A stretch of 64,000 nt of DNA from an uncultured Nitrospinota bacterium. GTDB lineage: Bacteria; Tectomicrobia; Entotheonellia; J063; CAVPRW01. The notes under the pieces were generated by a model that was not told the origin of the DNA, did no database searches, and worked only from the letters and a program-made list of their open reading frames with translations. The first letter of the stretch is position 1. Each line of letters starts with the position of its first letter. Below, one piece after another: positions 50,262 to 63,304 of this stretch. Location: assembly GCA_963707985.1 (NCBI GenBank), contig CAVPRW010000042.1, positions 32,001 to 96,000 of the forward strand. The letters are read 5' to 3'. Made by a program: the position numbers and the translations under genes.

Positions 50262-53200
50262 CATTGTCCCACTTTTTCATCGATCGACCGATCTTCGCCA
50301 CCGTGCTATCGATCGTCATCGTGATTGCCGGCGCTATTGCCTACTTTACCTTGCCGGTAGCGCAATACCCGGAAGTGGTGCCACCGACCGTGGTGGTGCG
50401 CGCCAGTTATCCCGGTGCAAATCCGCAAGTGATCGCCGACACGGTAGCTACGCCTATTGAACAGCAGATCAATGGCGTCGAAGACATGCTCTATATGTCG
50501 TCGCAAAGCACCAGCGATGGTCAGATGGCCCTGACCATTACCTTCAAGCTCGGCACAAACTTGGATAAAGCGCAGGTGCTGGTCCAAAACCGTGTCGCCA
50601 TCGCCGAACCCATCTTGCCTGAGGAAGTCCGCCGGGGCGGCGTCACCACGACAAAGAGTTCCCCTGATCTGCTCCTGGTCGCGCATCTACTCTCCCCGGA
50701 TGACCATTACGATCAAGCCTATATCAGCAATTACGCCCTCCTCCAGGTGCGCGATGTGCTCGCTCGTCTCGACGGTGTCGGGGATATTTCGGTCTTCGGC
50801 GCGCGCGAATATAGCATGCGCATCTGGCTGGATCCCGAGAAGATTGCGGCACGCAACATGACCGCCAGCGATGTCGTGCAGGCGCTTCGCGAACAAAATG
50901 TGCAGGTGGCGGCTGGAGTGATCGGTCAGGCGCCTGTGCCGCAGGGCAACGCCTATCAACTCTCGGTGAGCACCTTGGGTCGGCTGATAAACGCCGACCA
51001 GTTCGGCGAGATCGTCCTCAAAACTGGGGACAGCGGGCGGATTACGCGCGTGCGCGACGTCGCCCGCGTGGAGGTGGGCGCACGCGACTACTCGTCCAAT
51101 AGCTATCTCGACGGCAAACCGGCCGTAGGCATCGGGGTCTTCCAGCGTCCCGGTTCCAACGCCCTGGCCACCGCCGAGTCCGTGCGCCAGACCATAGCCA
51201 ATCTGAGTAAGCAATTTCCCGAGGGGCTGGAATATCGCCTCGTCTATGATCCGACGGTGTTTGTTCAGGAGTCGATGAACGCCGTCCTCGAGACCCTCAT
51301 CGAAGCATTCATCCTGGTTTTCATCGTGGTCCTCATCTTCCTGCAAGATTGGCGGGCCACGCTCCTGCCGATGATCGATGTCCCCGTATCGCTGATCGGC
51401 ACACTCGGCGTGATGGCAGCCATGGGGTTTTCGCTCAACAATCTGTCGCTCTTCGGCCTGGTGCTGGCGATCGGCATCGTGGTGGACGACGCCATCGTCG
51501 TGGTCGAGAACATCGAACGCTGGATGGCCAAGGGCTTAGAACCTCGTGAGGCCACCCTCAGGGCCATGGCTGAGATCACCGGCCCGGTCATTGCCATCAC
51601 CCTTGGTCCTCAGCTCTGTCTTCATCCCGACGGCGTTCCTCTCGGGCATCAGCGGCCAGTTCTATCGCCAGTTCGCCCTGACCATCGCTGCTTCCACCAT
51701 CATCTCAGCCATGAATGCGCTGACGATGGCCCCGGCCCGTGCTGTGCAACTCATCAAACCTCCGAGTGAAGGGCATGACACAGCGCATCGGGAGGCACTG
51801 CCCCGCCTGGGGATTGCTCTTGATCTGTGGGTTTCTGGCCTACCGCTTTCTCACGCCATCCCTGGCACCATTGCTCGGCCTGTCGGGTTCGGAACACGGC
51901 GGCCGATGCAGGGTGTGGGACAGGCTTCCAGCGCGATAGCGATGTGGACGGTTCGCGGGGCAGTCTTTCTGGGTGGCGGAGTTGTGGGGTGGTTCCTCAG
52001 CCCGCTGATCAACTGGTTGCTGGCTGGGTTCTTCAGGGGGTTCAACTGGTTCTTCGCGCGCCTGATCGATGCACTATGGACGCGTGGTGGCGATGGTGCT
52101 TCGGCTCAGCATCGTCGTCCTCGTGCTCTACGGCGGTCTGATCGGCCTCACCTATCATGGGGTTCACCACGGTGCCGGTGGGCTTCATCCCGGCGCAGGA
52201 TAAAGGCTATCTGATCGTCGACATCCAACTGCCGTACGGCGCCTCCTTAGAGCGCACTGACGCGGTGCTCCTGCGGGCCTCAGATACCATTGTGCAAGTG
52301 CCTGGCGTGGCGCATGCAGTGGGAATTGCTGGCTTTTCCGGCGCGACACGGGCGAATAGCTCCAATGCCGGCGCCATCTTTGCGACGTTGTTGCCGTTTG
52401 AAGAGCGCAAGGGGCAGGGTCTCGGCGCTACTGAGATCAGTCAGAATCTGCGCCAGCGACTCGCCAACATCCAGGAGGCGAGACTCTCGGTGTTTCCTCC
52501 GCCTCCCGTGCAGGGCCTGGGGACAGCTGGGGGCTTCAAACTGGAGGTCCAAGACCGCTCTGGGGCCGGTCTCGGGGCACTGCAGTCGGCCACTGAGGCG
52601 CTCGTCACCGCGGGCAATCAGCAACCGGGTCTGGTGGGCCTCTTTACCCCTTTTAACGCCAATACCCCGCAGCTCTATGCCGATGTGGACCGCACCAAGG
52701 CCAAGATGCTGAACGTGCCGCTGAACAATCTATTCGATACCCTGCAGGTGTATCTCGGGTCAGCCTACGTCAATGACTTCAATTTGTTCGGCCGTACGTA
52801 TCGGGTGATGGCACAGGCGGAAGGGCCCTTCCGCACCGATCCGGAAGCCATTGCCAAACTCAAGACGCGCAGCGCCTCCGGAGCCATGGTCCCACTCGGC
52901 TCCCTCGTCGAGATCCGCCGGACGATCGGCCCCGACCGGGTGCTGCGCTATAATATGTTCCCCGCCGCCGAAATCAATGGCGACACGGCGCCGGGCGTTG
53001 GTTCCGGCCAGGCCATTGCTACCATGGAGCGGCTGGCCGCTCAAGTGTTGCCCAGTGGTATGAGGTTTGAGTGGACCGATCTGGCGTACCAGCAAATCCT
53101 CGCCGGCAATGTCGCTCTCTTCATCTTTCCCATCTGCGTGCTGTTCGTCTTCCTGGTGCTCGCTGCGCAGTATGAAAGCTGGGTGCTGCCGCTCGCCATT

Positions 53201-53600
53201 ATCCTCATCGTGCCCATGTGTTTGCTCAGTGCCATCAGCGGGGTTTGGCTGCGCGGCATGGACAACAACATCCTGACCCAAATCGGCTTTGTGGTGCTGG
53301 TCGCCCTCGCCTGCAAGAATGCCATCCTCATCGTCGAGTTTGCGAAAGACCAGCAGGCAAGAGGGCAAGGACCGAATCGAAGCGGCGATCGAAGCCTGCC
53401 GCATCCGACTGCGGCCGATCCTCATGACCTCTTTCGCCTTCATCCTTGGCGTGCTCCCCCTGTTCGTGGCGACGGGGGCTGGCGCCGAGATGTTGCGCGC
53501 CCTGGGCACATCGGTGCTCAGCGGCATGGTGGGGGTGACGTTCTTTGGGTTGCTTCTGACGCCAGTCTTCTACGTGGTCATCCGCTGGTTCGTCGAGCGC
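50258..53600 (+). CDS. HAE1-type RND efflux permease (several frameshifts); reads in frame into the OMF
   Basis: FFIDRPIFA, LPVAQYP, GIVVDDAIVVVEN, KNAILIVEFA, RLRPILMTS. Confidence 0.92.
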
Positions 53601-55071
53601 CGACACGAGAAACCAGAACCCTCCTCGAATCATGTCGGGACCTTGGTGGCTATCGCCCTGGTGCCATGTCTGCTTGGACTCCTGTCCGGGTGCATGCTGG
53701 TCGGTCCGGATTACAAGACACCGCCGACGCAGATGCCCGCAGCGTTCGCCAACCAGACTGAGGAAGGTCTGTCGACGGGTGGGGTCGAGACCTCGTGGTG
53801 GCGTGGCTTTCGGGACCAGCAGTTGAACCAGTTGGTCGAGTTGGCGCTGGCCAACAATCACGACCTGCGTGTGGCGACGGCTCGGATCCGCGAAGCCCGG
53901 GCCCTGCTCTCGGAGACGACATTCGATCGCTACCCGACGGTGACGTCCGAGGCTTCCTATACGCGTCAGCGCTTGAGTGAAGCCGTGGCGCCGACGAGTG
54001 ACCGTGACATCGAGCTGTACGAAGCCGGATTCGATGCGACCTGGGAGCTGGATTTCTTCGGGCGTGTACGGCGCTCCATCGAGGCCAGCTCGGCACAGGT
54101 TGGAGCCGCAGAAGCCAGCCGCCGGGATGTGATCGTCAGCTTGCTGGCTGAGGTGGCGCGCAGCTATTTCGAACTGCGTGGCACGCAAAACCGCCTCGCA
54201 GTCGCGCGCCGGAATGCCGACAATCAGCGGCAAACCCTGGACCTCACGAATGCCCTGCTGGAAGGCGGCCGCGGTACCGAGCTGGATACCTCGCGGGCCG
54301 AGGCACAGTTAACCTCAACGCTGGCCAGTATTCCCCCCTTGGAGACAGCCGTCAAGCGCGCCATGTATCGGCTGGGCGTGCTCATCGGCCAGCCACCCAC
54401 CGCTCTGGAGCTGGAGCTGTCGAAGCCCCTGCCGCTCCCCACGTTGCCGACGCTCGTGGCGCTCGGCAAACCCGAAGACTTGTTGCGACGACGCCCTGAC
54501 ATCCGCGTGACAGAGCGCAATCTGGCGGAGGCCACAGCCAACTGTCGGGGTGGTGACCGCCGACCTGTTCCCACGGGTTACCCTCGCCGGCAGTGTGGCG
54601 CTGCAGGCCGGTTCCTTCTTGAACGTCGGCAAAGGTGGGCAGTGATACGTTCGCTGTCGGCCCGAGCATCTTTTGGGCAGCGTTCGACTTAGGACGCGTC
54701 CGGGCCCGCATCAGAGGCGCCGATGCGCGTACCGAGGCGGCCCTGGCGCAATACGAGCAACGTGTCTTGCTCGCGCTCGAAGAAACGGAGAGCTCTCTGG
54801 TTGACTTTACCCGTCAGCAGGAACGCCGTGACTTGCTGCTATGCCTCAGCGCAGGCGAGTGAGAAGGCGACAGAAGTTGGCGCGCCAGCGCTATCAATTC
54901 GGGGTGGCAGACTTCCTGACGGTTCTCGATGCCGAACGCACCCTGTTGGAAGCCCAAGATCGTCTTGCTGACAGTGAAACCTTGACCGCCACCGCCCTCG
55001 TCGCGGTGTATAAGGCGCTTGGTGGCGGCTGGGAAATTGCTGAGGGGCCGCCTTACTCGAGACAACCTTGA
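53601..55071 (+). CDS. NodT/OprM family outer-membrane factor, apparently C-terminal part of a permease-OMF fusion (frameshifts near 54545, 54640, 54840-54880)
   Basis: LSGC.LVGPDY, WW..F.D, WELDFFG, P.DLLRRRPDI, YKALGGGW. Confidence 0.9.
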
Positions 55072-55135
55072 GGGGTGCCCTCTTTCCTCTCGTGCTACGA
55101 TTCCGTACAGTCAAAGGCAGAACAGCGAGAGTATT

Positions 55136-55852
55136 ATGGAACATGTCTTGATTACAGGTACCAATCGCGGCCTAGGGTTAGAGTTCACACGCCAATACTT
55201 GGAGCGAGGTGCACAGGTGTTCGCTGGATGTCGCCAGCCCGTAACGGCGACATCGTTACGCACCTTGCAGGCCAAATACCCCCAGCGGCTGTCTATTATG
55301 GCGCTGGATGTCGGTGACGCTGAGGCTATCCGGGCAGCACACGATACGGTATACTCTCAAACCGGGAAGATCGACATACTGGTCAACAACGCTGGCATAT
55401 ACTCTAGTCACGGGAGCGACGAACCGGTGGAGAGACTGGGGAATCTCTCCTTCGAGAACGCCCTGACGGTGCTGCGAATCAATGCCGTGGCACCGCTGCT
55501 TGTGGCGCAGCAGTTTTTGGGGCTCTTGCGGGCCGCTCGCAATGCCAAGCTCATCAACATCTCCTCGGGATATGGTTCGGTTTCGGGCAATACCGGTGGC
55601 TTTCCATACTACTACAGCGCCAGCAAGGCTGCGCTGAACATGTTTATGCGGACGCTGGCGGCCGATGTCAAGCGTTGGGGCATCACCACAGTGTCACTCG
55701 ATCCTGGTTGGGTGAGCACTGATATGGGCGGCCCCGGCGCACCACTCGCACCCGCGCAGGCGGTGGGTGCGATGTTGCGCCTCATTGACGCCCTGACCCC
55801 TCGCCATAACGGGCGTTTCTTGACCTGGCAGGGAAACGAACAAGACTGGTAA
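55136..55852 (+). CDS. SDR family oxidoreductase (C-factor-like)
   Basis: TGTNRGLG, NNAG, YSASKAALN, PGWVSTDMGG. Confidence 0.93.
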   Translation: MEHVLITGTNRGLGLEFTRQYLERGAQVFAGCRQPVTATSLRTLQAKYPQRLSIMALDVGDAEAIRAAHDTVYSQTGKIDILVNNAGIYSSHGSDEPVERLGNLSFENALTVLRINAVAPLLVAQQFLGLLRAARNAKLINISSGYGSVSGNTGGFPYYYSASKAALNMFMRTLAADVKRWGITTVSLDPGWVSTDMGGPGAPLAPAQAVGAMLRLIDALTPRHNGRFLTWQGNEQDW

Positions 55853-55866
55853 AGAGTGGAAAAATC

Positions 55867-57147
55867 ATGAACCATAGACAGAGAATTGGCATTGCTCATA
55901 CTATTCTTAGGCCTGAGTCTAGGCCTCAGAAACCAAGTGCGCGCCGAAGAGTTGCCGCCGACCACAGCGGTCCAGCCTCAGCAGGCCAGCGCCAATCTTG
56001 CGGTCTTCGAGGAAGTATGGAGGACCGTCCACGAACACTTTTATGACCCGACGTTCCATGGCCTCGATTGGACGGCTGTTGGGCAGAGGTATCGGCCGCT
56101 GGCGGCGGTCGCTGGTGCCGAGGCTGAACGCTCGGTAGTGATCAACCGCATGTTGTCTGAGCTTGAGGCCTCACATACCGCCTACTACACGGCCTCTGAC
56201 CCGGCGTATTATCAGTTACTCGACATCTTCTCAGGGGCACTTCGACAGCCTCTTAGACGATTCTTCGCGGACGGTCAAGTGAGCTACCCGGGCATTGGCG
56301 TCTATACCAAGTCGCTCGATGGCAAGACGTTTATTAGCGGCGTGCTAGATGGGCTGGCGGCGTCGAAGGCGGGACTACTTGTGGGTGATGAAATCATCGC
56401 GGCGGACGGGGCCCCCTTTCATCCGATCAACTCGTTTGCGGCAAAGATCGGCCAAGAGGTTATGCTGGCCATCCGGCGACGTGCTGATGTACCCTCCGAG
56501 AGCGTGGTCGTAGTCCCAGAGCAGATCTATCCCAACAAGGCATTTTTGAAGGCGATGGAGGAGAGCGCCCGGCTTATCGACGCCAATGGCATGCAAATCG
56601 GCTATATCCATGTGTGGTCGTATGCTGGAGCGCAGTATCAGCAGCTGCTCGAACGCGAGCTATCAGCAGGCAAATTGAAGGATGCCGACGCACTGGTGTG
56701 GGATTTGCGTGACGGTTGGGGGGTGCCGAGTCGGAGTATCTGCACCTGTTCACCGGCCGAGCGCCAATCACGACGCTGATCAACCGTGACGGCGGCAAGT
56801 CGGTGATGAACGTCAGCTGGCGCAAGCCAGTCGCCATGCTCATTAATGCGGGGACGCGCAGCGGAAAAGAGATTCTCGCCCATGGGTTCAGGGAATATGG
56901 GGTAGGAGAAGTCATCGGCAGCCGCACCGCCGGTGCCGTGCTAGCCGGGCGTGCCTACCTGCTTAGTGACGGTAGTCTCGTGCTCGTAGCGGTTGCCGAT
57001 GTGCGCGTCGATGGCCAACGCTTGGAAGGGGTTGGCGTGATGCCAACGATCGCGGTGTCGTTCCCATTACCATATGCTCAAGGCCAGGACCCACAACTGG
57101 ACCGGGCTGTAAAAGTCCTATCTCGCGCGGTTGGCGCCGGCGGCTGA
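55867..57147 (+). CDS. S41 family peptidase with PDZ (frameshift near 56720; start uncertain)
   Basis: FYDP.FHGLDW, ASHT, IGYIHVW, DLRDGWG, TRSGKE, LEGVGV.P. Confidence 0.88.
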
Positions 57148-57174
57148 CGCTGAGACAATACGGGAACTTTAGAC

Positions 57175-58314
57175 GTGACTTTCATGAAAATCGTTCTTGG
57201 TGTGATGCTGTTTTCCGTGGCGCTCTGGGATGCATTCGAGGTGGTCATTCTGCCTCGACGAGTCACGCATCGGTTTCGATTGGCTCGGCTCTGCTCGCGC
57301 TCGACCTGGAAGCTGTGGTCTGCAATCGCACAGTGGGTAAAGCCCGAGAAGCGCCGAGAAACGTATCTAAGCATCTTTGGACCGCTCCTCCTGCTCCTAT
57401 TGTTGAGTGTGTGGGCAACAGGGATGATTGCCGGGTTCGCCATGATGCACTGGGGATTCGGTACCCCACTTAACTTATTCAAAGGGATGGCACCCTTTCG
57501 TACCTATCTCTATCTGAGCGGCACGACCTTCTTCACTCTTGGCCTTGGAGATGTGACGCCCCTAGCACCTCTCGGACGGGCGCTGGTGGTCGCTGAAGCT
57601 GGAATAGGCTTTGGCTTTCTGGCGATTGTCATCGCCTATCTGCCAATCCTCTATCAGGCGTTTTCCCGCCGCGAGGTGAGTATTTCGCTCCTCGACGCAC
57701 GTGCAGGGTCTCCCCCCTGCGCTGGGGAATTACTACGGCGCCATGGACAAGATATGAAAGAGCTCGGCCAGCTGCTCTATGACTGGGAGCGCTGGTCGGC
57801 GGAACTGCTGGAGAGCCATCTCTCCTATCCCGTGCTAGGGTTTTTCCGCTCTCAACACACGAATCAATCCTGGTTGGCGGCATTGACGGCCGTTCTGGAC
57901 ACCTGTGCAGTGGTCATCGCCGGCGTCGATGGCGGTCCAAGCCGCCAGGCGCAGCTCACCTTTGCGATGGCACGTCATGCGGTTGTCGACCTCGCACAAA
58001 TATTTATGACAGCTCCCCAGGCACTCGCGCCTGACCGCTTGCCGGCCTCAGGTCTGGTGCGCCTGCGGGAGGTGCTCGCAGAAACGGGCGTCCTCCTGCA
58101 GGAGGGCATCACGGCTGAGCAAAAACTGCACGAGCTGCGACAGATGTATGAGGCCTATGTCCACGCCCTGAGCGAATATCTACGCATGCCTCTGCCGCCG
58201 TGGTTCCGCGCCACGGTGACGCTCGATAGCTGGCAGACCAGCGCCTGGGAAAGGATTACCACAGATGTTGCGGCATCATCACGGCTGAGCAGGCAAGCTG
58301 AGGGGCACTTTTAA
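57175..58314 (+). CDS. Potassium channel family protein (Ion_trans_2)
   Basis: YLSGTTFFTLGLGDVTP pore motif flanked by TM helices. Confidence 0.88.
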   Translation: MTFMKIVLGVMLFSVALWDAFEVVILPRRVTHRFRLARLCSRSTWKLWSAIAQWVKPEKRRETYLSIFGPLLLLLLLSVWATGMIAGFAMMHWGFGTPLNLFKGMAPFRTYLYLSGTTFFTLGLGDVTPLAPLGRALVVAEAGIGFGFLAIVIAYLPILYQAFSRREVSISLLDARAGSPPCAGELLRRHGQDMKELGQLLYDWERWSAELLESHLSYPVLGFFRSQHTNQSWLAALTAVLDTCAVVIAGVDGGPSRQAQLTFAMARHAVVDLAQIFMTAPQALAPDRLPASGLVRLREVLAETGVLLQEGITAEQKLHELRQMYEAYVHALSEYLRMPLPPWFRATVTLDSWQTSAWERITTDVAASSRLSRQAEGHF

Positions 58315-58331
58315 GCGAGTTTATCGAATTG

Positions 58332-59775
58332 TCAAAGGCGTTCCGGAGCTTTCGAACGAGGCAGATAGAGATGGATGGCGCGGTCGAGAGCGACTTCCGC
58401 AGCTTCGGCCATGGCCTCTGAAAGCGTAGGATGGGGATGGATGCTGACCGCGAGGTCTTCGAGCTGGGCACCCATTTCGATGGCCAGCACAGCTTCGCTA
58501 ATCAGATCAGAGACATTCGGTCCCACCATGCGCACACCGAGGATTAGCTCGCGCTCGGCATCAGCGATGACTTTGACAAAGCCATCGGTGGTGTTCAATG
58601 TAAGCGCTCGCCCCAGGGCACGAAAAGGAAACTTCCCAACCTTTACGGTGTAACCCGCAGCCCGCGCCTGCAGCTCAGATAAGCCGCACAGGGCGATCTC
58701 CGGGTCGGTGAAAACCACAGCTGGCACGGTAACGTTGTCGAAGGCGGCCGCTTCACCGGCAATCACCTCAGCCGCCACTTTCCCCTCACGTGCAGCTTTA
58801 TGGGCCAGCATCGGCTCGCCAGTGACATCACCAACGGCGTAAATGCGTGCATCAGCCGTACGTCGCTGGGCATCGACTTGAATAAAGCCGCGTGCATCTA
58901 ACTTGACCCGTGTCTGTTCAAGGCCAAGCTCATCCGTATTGGGTCGACGGCCCACCGCCACGAGCACATGATCAACCTCCAGCTCGGATGTCGAACCGCT
59001 TTCCTGGGCCAGGCTGACAGTGATGCGTTCTCCCTGATGCTGGAGCCCTATCACTTTTGTCCGCAGATGGACCTCGACGCCGCGTTTCCTCAGGGTCTGC
59101 TGGACCACCTGAACCAGATCGCGGTCAATGCCCGGTAGCAGTTGTTCGGTCAATTCAATGATCAATGACCTGACTGCCGAGGCGGGCATAGACGGATCCC
59201 AGCTCCAGGCCGATGTACCCCCCACCGATCACCAGCAAGCGCTCGGGGATGGTGCGCAATCGCAATGCCTCACGGGAGGTCATGATACGTTCGCCATCGA
59301 CTTCTATACCGGGCAAGTGAATGGGGCGCGAGCCGGTCGCGATGATCCCCTGCTCAAAGGTCAAGCTGCCGGCTCCACTGTCGCTGATGCGGAGCCGGCG
59401 CGATCCGGTAAACGTCGCATGACCGTGGATGATCTCGATGCGCCGCCGCGTCGCCAATTGTTCCAGGCCCTTAGCGAGCTGCGCTAGAATGCCGTCTTTC
59501 CATTGATTCATGGCAACAGGGTCAACCGATATCCCGTCCACGCGAATCCCCATCGTCTGTGCAGCACTGATTTGGTCCCGCAGATGCGTCGCTGTCAACA
59601 GCGCTTTCGATGGAATGCAACCCTGGTGCAAACACTCGCCGCCGAGCGCGGAAGATGCGTCGACCAAGGTGACCTCGCGCCCGAGGTCGGCAGCCCGGAA
59701 CGCCGCTGCATAACCACCCGGGCCGGCACCGATCACCACCACCTGCGTCTCGCGTTCGATCTCTCCCATCACCAT
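58332..59775 (-). CDS. lpdA: Dihydrolipoyl dehydrogenase (frameshift near 59160)
   Basis: GAGPGGY, GGECLHQGCIPSK, GGGYIG, HPHPTLSE. Confidence 0.95.
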
Positions 59776-59796
59776 AACTGCATCCCCAGTGATGCT

Positions 59797-61102
59797 TCAG
59801 GCGTCCAAGAGCAGCTGTAGAGGATCTGCCAACAGCTGCATCACCAGCGTCAGAAACCGCACCACATCGGCTCCATCGATTACCCGGTGGTCAAACGCTA
59901 TAGACAGAGGTAGCATCGTGCGCACGACGATCTGGCCATCACGCACCACCGGTTTGGGCTGTGCTCGCCCAATGCCGAGGATGGCGACCTCAGGGAAATT
60001 GATGATCGGAATGAAGGCATGTCCCCCAATCGCTCCAGCATTGGTCAGTGTGAAGGTCCCGCCACGCAGCTCATCCAGGCTGATTTTTCCTGCACGGGTA
60101 CGCTGGATCGTTGCCCCTAGCTCTGCCGCCAGATCCATCACGCTCTTGCGGTCAACATCGCGGATCACTGGGACGATCAGGCCGCGTTCGGTGTCCACCG
60201 CGATCCCAAAGTGATAATAACGTTTCAGGATCAGCTCTTGTTTCTCGTCATCGAGGCTCGCATTGAGGGCGGGAAACCGCTTCAATCCGCCGATGGTTGC
60301 CTTCATCACAAAGGGTAGCAAGGTGAGGTGTAATAGGCCGATCCTGGAGACGTGCTTGCGCTTGCTTCCGAAATGCCTCGAGCTCAGTGACATCCGCCTC
60401 ATCAAGCGCTGCTGCATGTGGGGCGGTGAACAGCGAGTACGCCATCTTCCGCGCGATCTGCCGCCGTGTAGCATTGAGAGGCACATGCTCTACGGGTCCC
60501 CACTGGCCAAAATCCGGTAATACCATCGGCTCGGACACCAGACGCCCTGAGGCTACCGGAGGTGCAGCCGTCGCCAGAGGTCGGGCCTCTGCCATGGCAG
60601 GTCTTTGCTCTCCTTCACGAGCGATGTGTTCGACATCGTCGAGAGTAATGCGGCCGGCGGGGCCGGTTCCCTGCACGGCAGTCAGATCAACCCCCAATTC
60701 ACGAGCACGTCGGCGCGTGGCGGGTGTGGCCAGTTGGCGCTCTGCTCCAGATGCCGATGTCGCACGACCTCTCTCTGGTGCCGTCGCAGTGGCAGCAGTA
60801 GACTTAAGAGAGGCTTCCGCCGGCACCGTTAACGGCGCCGGCTCCGTCTCCATTGATCCCTTCTCTTCTTCTCCAAACGACACCAGGACCGATCCGACAG
60901 CAATGCGTTCGCCTGGTTGATGATGCAAGCGCCGGATGACTCCAGCAAAGGGCGAGGGGAGATCAGCGACAGCCTTATCGGTTTCGATCTCAGCGAGATT
61001 TTGATCCTCTTGGACGATGTCCCCCTCTTGCACGTACCATCGGAGCAGTTCGACCTCAGAAATGCCTTCACCGATGTCGGGGAGCTTAAACTCGCGTGCC
61101 AT
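59797..61102 (-). CDS. Dihydrolipoamide acyltransferase E2 (frameshift near 60340)
   Basis: Lipoyl [33 protein letters not shown]. Confidence 0.93.
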
Positions 61103-61232
61103 AGGCTGACCCTGCCTGCTGTCACAAAAGGCATCGAGGAGGAGAGGACGGAGCTAGAGTAGACCGTGGGCCAACTCGCTGCGATCTCCAACTCAGTCCC
61201 CCAGCATTCATGCCCGAGTCCTGTCTTCTCTG

Positions 61233-62215
61233 TTAGAAATGGATGGTCTCTTCAATGGCTTGTAGAATCCGCGCCTCGTTCGGCAGATAGGCGGACTCGC
61301 GGGTGTATAGAGGAACTGGTACATCGAAGCCAGTGACACGACGAATGGGCGCTTCCAGGGAAAGTAGCGCTTCCTCATTGATCCGCGCTACGATCTCAGC
61401 GCCGAAACCCAATGTCCGCGGAGCCTCATGTACCACCACCGCACGCCCCGTCTTCTGAACGGAAGCAATGACCGTCGACATGTCAGCCGGAGACAGGGTT
61501 AACAGGTCGATCACTTCAATGTGGAAACCATGCTCCTCCTGGGCCTGTTCGACTGCCTGCATGGAGGTGTGTAGCATAGCTCCCCAGGTGACCAACGTGA
61601 GATCATCTCCCTCCTGAACGACATGGGCCATCCCCAGCGGAAAGGTCTCCGCATCTTCCGGGACCTCTTCTCGTGGGGCTGCGATAGGCGCGGGTGGGCT
61701 CAAGGAAAATCACCGGATCGGGGTCGCGAATCGCTGATACCAGCAGGCTGCGCGCCAGGCGAGGTGTTGAAGGGACCACCACTTTCAAGCCTGGCGTATG
61801 GATGAAAATAACTCTCTGTGCTTTCGGAATGCTCCTCGACAGCGCGAATCCCCCCTCCGTAGGGGGCTCGCAACACCATCGAACAGGGATAACGTCCACG
61901 GCTGCGGCTACGGAAGCGCGAGGCATGGCTCTTGAGCTGGTGGAACGCTTGATAGCAGAAGCCGAGGAATTGGATCTCGCACACTGGCTTCAGGCCATAC
62001 AGTGCCATGCCTATCGACGTTCCCACGATGCCAGCCTCAGCCAGTGGGGTATCGATTACCCGATCGGCGCCGAACTGGTCGAGTAACCCCTCGGTGACCC
62101 GAAACACCCCGCCATCGACTCCGACATCCTCCCCCAGGATGACGACATCGGGGTCGCTGGCCATCTCCTGTCGCAGTCCAAGATTGATCGCCTGGACCAT
62201 GGTGAGCTTAGGCAT
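61233..62215 (-). CDS. pdhB: 2-oxoacid dehydrogenase E1 beta (frameshifts near 61805 and 61685)
   Basis: GEDVG..GGVFR, DTPLAE, EIQF, PGLKVV, LEAPIRRVTG. Confidence 0.9.
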
Positions 62216-63304
62216 GCGACACCTCCGGCGCACGGCTTAAGACGGCTCGCAGCTCTGCCTGTTGGGCCTGCAGGTATGGGGGTATGGTGGCAAACACATA
62301 GTCGAACATATCCGTAGGATCGAAATCGCGATTAGCTTCGGCGGTCTCGACGGCGCGGCGAATTTCCGCGTCGATTTCCTGGTCGATCTGCGCCCTGCCA
62401 AGTTTCGTCCCATACCCCTTTGCCCTTCAAATATTCCCGGAACCGCAGGATCGGATCCTTCTTCTGCCACTCCTCCTCCTCGGCTTTCATGCGGTAGCGA
62501 CCGGGATCATCGGCGGTGGTATGGAGGCCCATGACGATAGGTGACGCATTCGATCAAGGTCGGGCCTTTCCCCGCTTTGGCGCGTGCTAGTGCGTCGCGC
62601 GTGGCGACATAAACCGCCAAGAGATCATTACCATCCACTTGCAGTCCGTCGAACCCATAGGCGATGGCTTTTTGCGCCAGGGTCCGCGCTCGCGTCTGCC
62701 GTGAACGTGGATGGGAGATGGCGTATTGATTATTCTCACAGACGAAGACTATGGGTACTTGGAAGACACCAGCGAAATTACACGCCTCGTGAAAATCCCC
62801 TTCGGAGGTGGCGCCGTCGCCTAAATAGGCTAAGGTCGCGCAGGGGTCGTGACGAATTTTTGCCGCCATGGCAATGCCAACGGCGTGCGGGAGCTGGGAA
62901 GCTACAGGAATATTCACCGGCAGATCGCGCTGCTCGTCGGGGATTTTGTTTCCCTCCTCACGGCCCATGTAATACAGCAGAATATAGTGCAATGGCAAGC
63001 CGCGTACAATGTACGCCGCCGCCTCACGAAAGCCTGGCACCATCCAATCCGTCGGCTCGAGGGCGAAGGCGCTCCCCACCTGAGCAGCCTCTTGCCCCAT
63101 CAATGGCGCGAACGTACCCATGCGGCCTTGGCGTTGTAGGGAGAGCATGCGTAAGTCCAATTGACGGGCTAGAACCATGCTACGATACAAGCGGCGGAGA
63201 GCGTCTGGGGAGAGACTTGGCTCCAAGTCTCGGTCGAGATGCCCATTAGCATCCAGGACCTGAAGGTAAGATACATTAAACGACTCCAGCACCTTACGCG
63301 GCAT
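62208..63304 (-). CDS. pdhA: Pyruvate/2-oxoacid dehydrogenase E1 alpha (frameshifts near 62530 and 62400)
   Basis: LQRQGR, GQEA, GDGATSEGDFHE..NN TPP motif, HTTADDP. Confidence 0.9.
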
